This document shows, in pieces, positions 43,399-49,034 of a DNA stretch of 49,034 bases. The stretch spans positions 1-49,034 of the forward strand of contig CAZKON010000001.1 in NCBI GenBank assembly GCA_964554415.1, written 5' to 3'. Position numbers and translations under genes: made by a program. The first letter of the stretch is position 1; every line of letters begins with the position of its first letter. The notes beneath the pieces were generated by a model. That model saw nothing but the letters and a program-made list of their open reading frames with translations, ran no database searches and had not been told where the DNA came from. This stretch comes from Candidatus Woesearchaeota archaeon (GTDB lineage: Archaea; Nanobdellota; Nanobdellia; Pacearchaeales; GW2011-AR1).

Positions 43399-45588
43399 TT
43401 ACTGATTCTCCGCTAAACCCTTTCTCTGTCGAATCTCTCCAATAACACTTGGTTGCAGTTCATTCGGCAATTTCTGGAATTCCTGGTCCATCAGACTCGA
43501 GACTCCTCTGCCTTCAGTCGAGCTTCGTAAATCAGAGCTCCATCCAATCATTTCAGCAACAGGAATCTTTGATTTGATGTGAGCGTCAATACCTTCCTGG
43601 TTTACATCAATCAGGATGCCTCTCTTGCTTCCGACAAGCTGGGTAACAGAGCCCATGAATTCCATCGGGACTTCAATGAGATGTGTCTGTATGGGTTCAA
43701 GTATTATTGCTCCGCCTTTTTTCATACAATCATGCATGCCAAGCCTTACAGCAGGATAAATCTGCGCAGGACCTCTGTGCATGTGGTCAACGTGTAGTTT
43801 TGCGTCATGCAATATGAATTTAGTTTTCATCATAGGCTCTTTAGCGAGCGGTCCTCCATTAATAACAAGTCTCCATCCATCAAGTATTGACTCTATAACT
43901 TCAGGCAGTAAAACCAGGCCTCTTGTTCTCTCCTCAAATACATTGCCTTTGTAAATCTCTTGATATTGTCTTGCTTCTTCATTAGAGATTCCCAGAGCTG
44001 AAAGTTTTTTCCATAGCTCTTCTGCCTTCTTCTTGACTCTGCCTTCAGGCAACTCATTGCGTTCAATGGCATCATAAATCTCTTTTTCCAGAGGCTCCAT
44101 GCTGATATAAAATATATTATGGCCATTTGGTGTTCGTACTTCAATTTCAGGAGAACCCTTGGCGATTGACTCGCGATAAACAACAATTGGCGGTCCCATC
44201 TTCACATCAAGTCCTTTTTCAGTCTTTATTCTTCCTTCAATAATTTCCAGATGTAGCTCTCCCATACCAGAAAGAAGGTTCTCTCCTGTCTCTTCGTTAA
44301 TCTCAATTTTAATGCTCGGGTCTTCTTTGCCGACTTTTCTCAATACTTCAATGAGTTTTGGAAGATCCTGGGATTTTACAACTTCAATTGATTTAGTGAT
44401 AACTGGCTGGAATATATGCTTAATCTCCTCAAAAGGCGTCTGCTCGTTCAAGGTCAGCGTGTCTCCTACTTCAGAATTGAGTCCGGAGATTGCAAGAACA
44501 TTTCCTGCTGGAACGCTTTCCAGTTGTTCTGGTTTTATTCCATTATAAACTAAAACCTGCTGCACGCGGTATTTTCTTTTATTCATTGCAGAATACAATT
44601 CCATGCCGTTCTGGATAGTTCCAGAATATAATCTTCCGGCAGAGATCTCTTTTCCAGACCTGGGATCAATAACAATCCTTGTGATAACAAATGCAGGCTC
44701 GCCATCACGATTACAATTAATCAAGTCCTGCCCTAATTTACTTTCAGGATCTCCTCTCCAGATTTTAGGGATTCTGTATTTCTGTGCTTCAAGCGGGTTA
44801 GGAAGGTGTTTGACAGCCATATCAAGAATAACTTCGTGCAAGGGAGCGTTTTCCCATACCCATTTCTTCCTCGGCTCTTCTTCCATCTCATAGATTTTAT
44901 AAATATCTTTAAATGAGATATTTCTTTTCTTCATGAATGGCGCAGATAATGCCCAGTTCTCTCTTGCACTTCCAAAAGAAACGCTTCCATCAAAGACGTT
45001 AACCTGCCACTTTTCTTTATATTCTGGTTCAGCAATCTGCATGATTAAGTGATTGAAAGACTCTATTAGCTTCTTGAATCGCTCCTGCATCTGCTCAGGC
45101 GTTATTTTTAACTCTTTTATTAATCTGTCAACTTTATTGATGAACAGGACAGGCTTCACACGCTCTCTTAATGCCTGCTTCAAAACTGTCTCTGTTTGAG
45201 GCATTATTCCCTCTACAGCGCAAATTAGAACAAATGTGCCATCAATTGCCCGCATTGCTCTTGTAACATTGCCACCAAAGTCTACATGGCCTGGCGTGTC
45301 AATAAGATTGATAAGATATTCTTGTCCAAGATATTCGTGTGGCATGCTCACGTTTGCCGCGTCAACTGTCATAAGTCTCTCCTGCTCGTCAGAGTGCTGC
45401 CATGTTGTCATACCTTCTTCAAGGTCACCTGCATTTTTTGATGCCATCATGCCTGCTGCTGCAAGAAGATTGTCTGTAAACGCGGTTTTTCCGTGGTGAA
45501 TGTGCGCGCTCGTAGCTACATTTCTTATGTTCTTCTGATTTGAAGTCAATCGTTGGATTTTGTCTAAATTTGTTTCTTTCTCTGCCAT
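43399..45588 (-). CDS. fusA: Translation elongation factor EF-2
   Basis: 729 aa. AHIHHGKTAFTDNLL, DTPGHVDF, NKVDR, and a C-terminal diphthamide-region HRGPAQ. Confidence 0.97.
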   Translation of the reverse strand: MAEKETNLDKIQRLTSNQKNIRNVATSAHIHHGKTAFTDNLLAAAGMMASKNAGDLEEGMTTWQHSDEQERLMTVDAANVSMPHEYLGQEYLINLIDTPGHVDFGGNVTRAMRAIDGTFVLICAVEGIMPQTETVLKQALRERVKPVLFINKVDRLIKELKITPEQMQERFKKLIESFNHLIMQIAEPEYKEKWQVNVFDGSVSFGSARENWALSAPFMKKRNISFKDIYKIYEMEEEPRKKWVWENAPLHEVILDMAVKHLPNPLEAQKYRIPKIWRGDPESKLGQDLINCNRDGEPAFVITRIVIDPRSGKEISAGRLYSGTIQNGMELYSAMNKRKYRVQQVLVYNGIKPEQLESVPAGNVLAISGLNSEVGDTLTLNEQTPFEEIKHIFQPVITKSIEVVKSQDLPKLIEVLRKVGKEDPSIKIEINEETGENLLSGMGELHLEIIEGRIKTEKGLDVKMGPPIVVYRESIAKGSPEIEVRTPNGHNIFYISMEPLEKEIYDAIERNELPEGRVKKKAEELWKKLSALGISNEEARQYQEIYKGNVFEERTRGLVLLPEVIESILDGWRLVINGGPLAKEPMMKTKFILHDAKLHVDHMHRGPAQIYPAVRLGMHDCMKKGGAIILEPIQTHLIEVPMEFMGSVTQLVGSKRGILIDVNQEGIDAHIKSKIPVAEMIGWSSDLRSSTEGRGVSSLMDQEFQKLPNELQPSVIGEIRQRKGLAENQ

Positions 45589-45634
45589 GTTCTAAAGTAA
45601 GAGCTCATATAAAAATAGGTTTTTAAAGCTTTGT

Positions 45635-46249
45635 TTACCGCGCAGAATCAGCCTGCTTTTCCGCTTCATTCTTTTTGCTTATGGAATAACTTTCCATATT
45701 GCCTTCTGATGCAAGAACAATTTCATTTGCAAGAGTCTCAGCAATTTTCTTTTTCTTGCCAAATGCCTTTGCATATGCACCCCATATCATCCATCTGATT
45801 GCAATATTAATGCGTCTTATAGGACTGGTATCAACTGCCTGCGGATATCTTGCCCCTGCTTGCTCAATTACAGTAATCTCATCTCTCGGGCTTCCATTTT
45901 CGATGGCTTCGACAAGAACCTGTACAGGGTTTTTATTTGTCTTTTTTTGCACAATCTCTAAGGTTTGCAGGATGGTTTTCATATTTCTGTTGTATTTGCC
46001 GGAGCTCCAGGATGTGATAATTCTATGCTTCTTTCCTACATGTCCTGGCACTCCAAGGCGGTTAGCAAACCTTTCAACAACATTGACTCTTGTTGCGCCA
46101 AGATTTTCCATGTTCCTTCTTCCTTGCGATTTCAAAAGCAGTGAAGCGCGCACATTCATGTAAGGTCTTAATGCAGCATCTTTTACTTCTATCGCAGAAA
46201 CATCGTATTTGTCGAATATCTTGAACTGTGTTTGTTTTTGTTCTGTCAT
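45635..46249 (-). CDS. rps7: Ribosomal protein S7
   Basis: S7 core (KIFDKYD..., NRLGVPGHVGKK..., AIENGSPRDE). The track ORF reaches 46285, but Met13 (46249..46247) starts 2 nt after the S12 stop, so I prefer it. Confidence 0.93.
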   Translation of the reverse strand: MTEQKQTQFKIFDKYDVSAIEVKDAALRPYMNVRASLLLKSQGRRNMENLGATRVNVVERFANRLGVPGHVGKKHRIITSWSSGKYNRNMKTILQTLEIVQKKTNKNPVQVLVEAIENGSPRDEITVIEQAGARYPQAVDTSPIRRINIAIRWMIWGAYAKAFGKKKKIAETLANEIVLASEGNMESYSISKKNEAEKQADSAR

Positions 46250-46251
46250 GT

Positions 46252-46674
46252 TTATCGTCTTCCCTTCTCTATCTTGCCTTTCCATAACAAATGCAGAGGC
46301 TGGTCATTTACTTTGATTACCATAAATCTGATGCCTGGAATGTCTCCTTTAGAGCGGTTCATTCTGCCGCCAATGCGCTCAATTATTACTTCATCGTGCT
46401 CATCAATGAATTTTTGCGCAAGATTTCCAGGTATAAATGCGCCGACTTGAATGCTGTTCTTAATCAATTGCACCTTGCAGCACTTTCTCATGGCTGAATT
46501 AGGCTGCCTCGCTTCTTTCTGAAATTTTGAAATAACTATCCCCTTTGCCTGAGAGCATCCCTCAAGAGGGTCTGCCTTTTCTCGCAGACCAAGCGTTCGC
46601 TTCTTATATGCTTTCTGCCGCCATTTAAATTTACGGCTGCTTTTCAATAATTTTCGTGCGCTCATCAATCCCAT
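46252..46674 (-). CDS. rps12: Ribosomal protein S12
   Basis: 140 aa. ...PNSAMRKCCKVQLIKN...GGRMNRSKGDIPGIRF is the S12/S23e signature. Confidence 0.95.
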   Translation of the reverse strand: MGLMSARKLLKSSRKFKWRQKAYKKRTLGLREKADPLEGCSQAKGIVISKFQKEARQPNSAMRKCCKVQLIKNSIQVGAFIPGNLAQKFIDEHDEVIIERIGGRMNRSKGDIPGIRFMVIKVNDQPLHLLWKGKIEKGRR

Positions 46675-46695
46675 GTTCTTCTCTTTAGAGAAAAT

Positions 46696-46707
46696 GCTTT
46701 TTAAATG
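46696..46707 (-). promoter_or_regulatory. TATA box of the S12-S7-EF2 transcription unit
   Basis: catttaaaaagc on the coding strand, centred about 27 nt upstream of the S12 ATG. The same GTTTAAAAA-type motif precedes hsdR, rps6e and eif2g. Confidence 0.5.
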
Positions 46708-46732
46708 TGTCGAAAACCGGTGATGTCGCAGA

Positions 46733-47962
46733 TTAGGTTGATATTACCATTTTTTCCTCGCTTGTCGCTTTCGGTTGTTTAATTGAATTTAATAGCATAG
46801 TTTCCCATCTATTCCCAGATAAACCTATTCCACACCTTTCAGCAGGAGTTAATTTATCTTTCTCACACTTTTTTATGAAGTTATGAAACACCTTAAAGCC
46901 ATCTGAATAATCCTGAACTTCTGTTATTCCTCTCCTGACTTTCTGAAATTCCTTTTGATGAGTGTGCAAGTTTTCAATAGCATTATTATTTACTACTCTC
47001 CTTTGTCCAAGTATTGAAGTGTGCTTTACTTTTCTCTCGGCACCCCAGTTTCTAAAAGTCTTTCTTATCCCATCTTGATAAGCACCCAGTTTGTCGGTTA
47101 TGATTTGATTAGGCATTTTTATATTTTGTTTATATGCTTCTCTCATAACTATTTCAGCGTCTTTTGAACTTCTGCCTCTCCCAGAATTAACAGAAGCCAG
47201 TAAGAATTTTGTTTTGTTATCCATAACATTCCAAACATAATCAAATTCAGCATTAGGGTTTTTCTTGTCTATTCCCCTCTTTGTTTTAACCATAGTTTCG
47301 TCTGCGTTCCAAACCCCAGAAGTTTTTGGAGTTAATGTCTTTGAGTATTTTTCCATAACTTCTGTAAATCTTAAAACCCATCTTCTTATTGTTTCGTGGT
47401 GCAATTTTAAGCCATAGAATTGTGAGAACTGGTCGGCAATATCTCGGTAGCTTAATCCTTTGTAGTAGCAATCCATAGCCAAACAAACTAATTTAGCATT
47501 TCCCTTTATATTTTTTATTGGAGATAAAACAAACTTTTTATGACAATCCTTACAGCTAAACCTTTGTTTATCTCCTGATTTGTCGTGCCTTACTCCAAAC
47601 TTTGTTATATTCTTTGAAGCACAATAAGGGCAACAATCATCAAGAGGTTTATTTATGATTAATTCTATCTGTTGTTTTACTGGGCTTTCTTCAACTTCAT
47701 AAGCATTTTTCAGTTTCTCAAATAAAAGAATAGCTTTAATGTGTTTGCAGTATAAACCTTGTCCCTTACATCTTAATTCAAAATCCTTACAATTACAAGA
47801 ATAGCTATCAAAATGAGTAACTTCATACTTTTTACTGCTGTCAAATTGAGAAGGCACTAAGTAAGTATTCTCATCTAAACATTCTGGGTTACCTATTTGT
47901 AAGATGGCTTTTGCTCTTACATCTCTATTCTCTGTAAATTGTTTAATATTTTGTGTTTCCAT
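46733..47962 (-). mobile_element. IS6/IS240-like DDE transposase with an N-terminal SWIM zinc finger and a zinc ribbon
   Basis: 409 aa. SWIM CxC...CxH (YSCNCKDFELRCKGQGLYCKHIKA), ribbon CPYC...CKDC. DDE pattern WNADETMVK / IITDKLGAYQ / NNNAIENLH matches the IS6-family layout. I could not identify terminal inverted repeats. Confidence 0.75.
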
Positions 47963-48061
47963 AATAGTATATAGGTATAGAGGTATATAAGCTTTGTGGT
48001 AGTTTGAACATATATACTGGAAAATACAATTATTTATATACTCTCATAGGTATAGCTGTAT

Positions 48062-48202
48062 ATGGCAAAGAAGAAAACAAGTTTAGTAATTGAGGAGAGT
48101 TTATGGCAAGATGTTAAAATCCACTGCATTAAGGAAAAAAAGGATATTTCTGAATGGTTAGAAGAATTGATTAAGAGAGAATTACATAAAAATAAAAAGT
48201 AA
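48062..48202 (+). CDS. Small ribbon-helix-helix (CopG-like) protein
   Basis: 46 aa, below the track cut-off: MAKKKTSLVIEESLWQDVKIHCIKEKKDISEWLEELIKRELHKNKK (strand-helix-helix). Divergent from the transposase. ataggtatag occurs twice in the spacer (47971..47980, 48046..48055). Confidence 0.5.
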   Translation: MAKKKTSLVIEESLWQDVKIHCIKEKKDISEWLEELIKRELHKNKK

Positions 48203-48298
48203 AATTATTAGTGTTATTTTAATTACTATATAGTTACAATCTCACTACCCAAAGGTTTTTCAACTGCTTTTTCTATCTATAATAGGGTTTATAAAAAA

Positions 48299-49034
48299 AT
48301 GAAGATTAGAGAATTTTTTGAAAACACTGAACACGGATTAACATTATTTAATGAGAAATTGTTAGATTATATTGACATTTTTGAAAAAAATGGAAAGAAT
48401 TATATTAAATGCCTTGCTTCTGATGTAGATAGACTTGCTAAGCCAGAAGAAATTGTAAGACAGTTGTTTATTTTAAAATTAATAAAAGAATATGGTTATC
48501 CTAAAGAAAGAATAGCAGTTGAAAAAGAAGTTTGGTTTGGTTCTGGAATTTCTGAAAAAAGAGCCGATATAGTTGTATTTCACAAAAATTCAGAAGAACC
48601 ATATATTATTGTTGAAGTTAAAAAACCAAAGAGAAAGGATGGAGTTCAACAGCTTAAATCATACGCAAATGCAGAGGGTTCTCCTATTGCTGTATGGACA
48701 AATGGAAAAGATATAGAAATATTACATAGAGAAAAACCAAACAATTTTATTCATATTTCAGATATTCCAACAATAGGACAAACTTTAAATGATGTTTTAA
48801 CTGAGCCGTGGACATTCGAAAAATTAACAAAACAGAATAGGTTAGCACAAGGACTTTCATTAAGGGAAGTTATAGAAAACTTAGAAAATCTTGTTTTGTC
48901 TAATGCTGGAGTAGACGCATTTGAAGAAATTTTTAAGCTAATTTATGCTAAACTCTATGATGAATTTACAGCAAATACAAGTTCAGAAAAAAAGAGAAAA
49001 ATTTTATTTAGAGTTTATGGAGAAAGTAATGAAG
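48299..49034 (+). CDS. Restriction-modification enzyme, 3'-partial: HsdR-N-like nuclease-fold domain followed by the start of an N6-adenine methylase module (type I M / type IIG-like)
   Basis: Not in the ORF track because it is open at the right edge. ATG at 48299. MKIREFFENTEHGL...EEIVRQLFILKLIKEYGYPKERIAVEKEV...RADIVVF...IIVEVKKP is the HSDR_N-type motif. The ...GVDAFEEIFKLIYAKLYDE that follows is typical of HsdM-like N-terminal regions. Confidence 0.7.
   Translation, partial: MKIREFFENTEHGLTLFNEKLLDYIDIFEKNGKNYIKCLASDVDRLAKPEEIVRQLFILKLIKEYGYPKERIAVEKEVWFGSGISEKRADIVVFHKNSEEPYIIVEVKKPKRKDGVQQLKSYANAEGSPIAVWTNGKDIEILHREKPNNFIHISDIPTIGQTLNDVLTEPWTFEKLTKQNRLAQGLSLREVIENLENLVLSNAGVDAFEEIFKLIYAKLYDEFTANTSSEKKRKILFRVYGESNE

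Noticed and set aside
46708-48298. Terminal inverted repeats for the IS6-like element
   Set aside because: The left flank gtcgaaaaccggtgatgtcg and the reverse complement of 48243..48268 (gttgaaaaacctttgggtagtg) show only patchy similarity. I cannot define element ends or target duplications from one copy.

Overview
Archaeal chromosomal segment. It carries archaeal-type housekeeping genes (aIF2-gamma, S6e, aIF5B, EF-1alpha, EF-2, S7, S12, DnaG primase, Cdc48, SMC, RNase HII) and intron-containing tRNAs. TATA boxes sit about 25 nt upstream of most start codons, so transcripts look mostly leaderless. The compact, AT-rich layout suggests a small-genome (DPANN-like) archaeon, but that lineage call is inference only. 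Housekeeping blocks alternate with accessory patches: (i) the left edge holds an open-ended type I HsdR gene, a UvrD-nuclease fusion and three unknown genes; (ii) 13.3-14.4 kb is a tRNA-linked junkyard with an integrase N-terminal remnant, an orphan AbrB antitoxin, a decapitated toxin and a TrmB fragment; (iii) 23.6-27.2 kb holds a UPF0175/DUF3368 toxin-antitoxin pair and small regulators; (iv) the right edge looks lower in GC by eye and holds a SWIM-finger IS6-like transposase, an RHH gene and an open-ended R-M methylase gene. The main hunt result is a ~7.8 kb five-gene island (35858..43377) lying between EF-2 and EF-1alpha of the S12-S7-EF2-EF1alpha cluster. It encodes two paralogous methyltransferase-like proteins, an AAG/MPG-type glycosylase homologue whose catalytic Glu position reads Gly, a SNF2 ATPase-SAM methyltransferase fusion and a 381-aa protein. 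Three of these proteins share a private HTH-like module. The genes form two divergent, translationally coupled operons around a palindrome-dense control region. I cannot match this combination to any named defence or modification system. Other unexplained signals are an 88-nt two-hairpin repeat family (3 copies, with one compensatory stem change) and a 27-nt palindrome present twice. All numbers come from reading the sequence by hand. No database searches were run.
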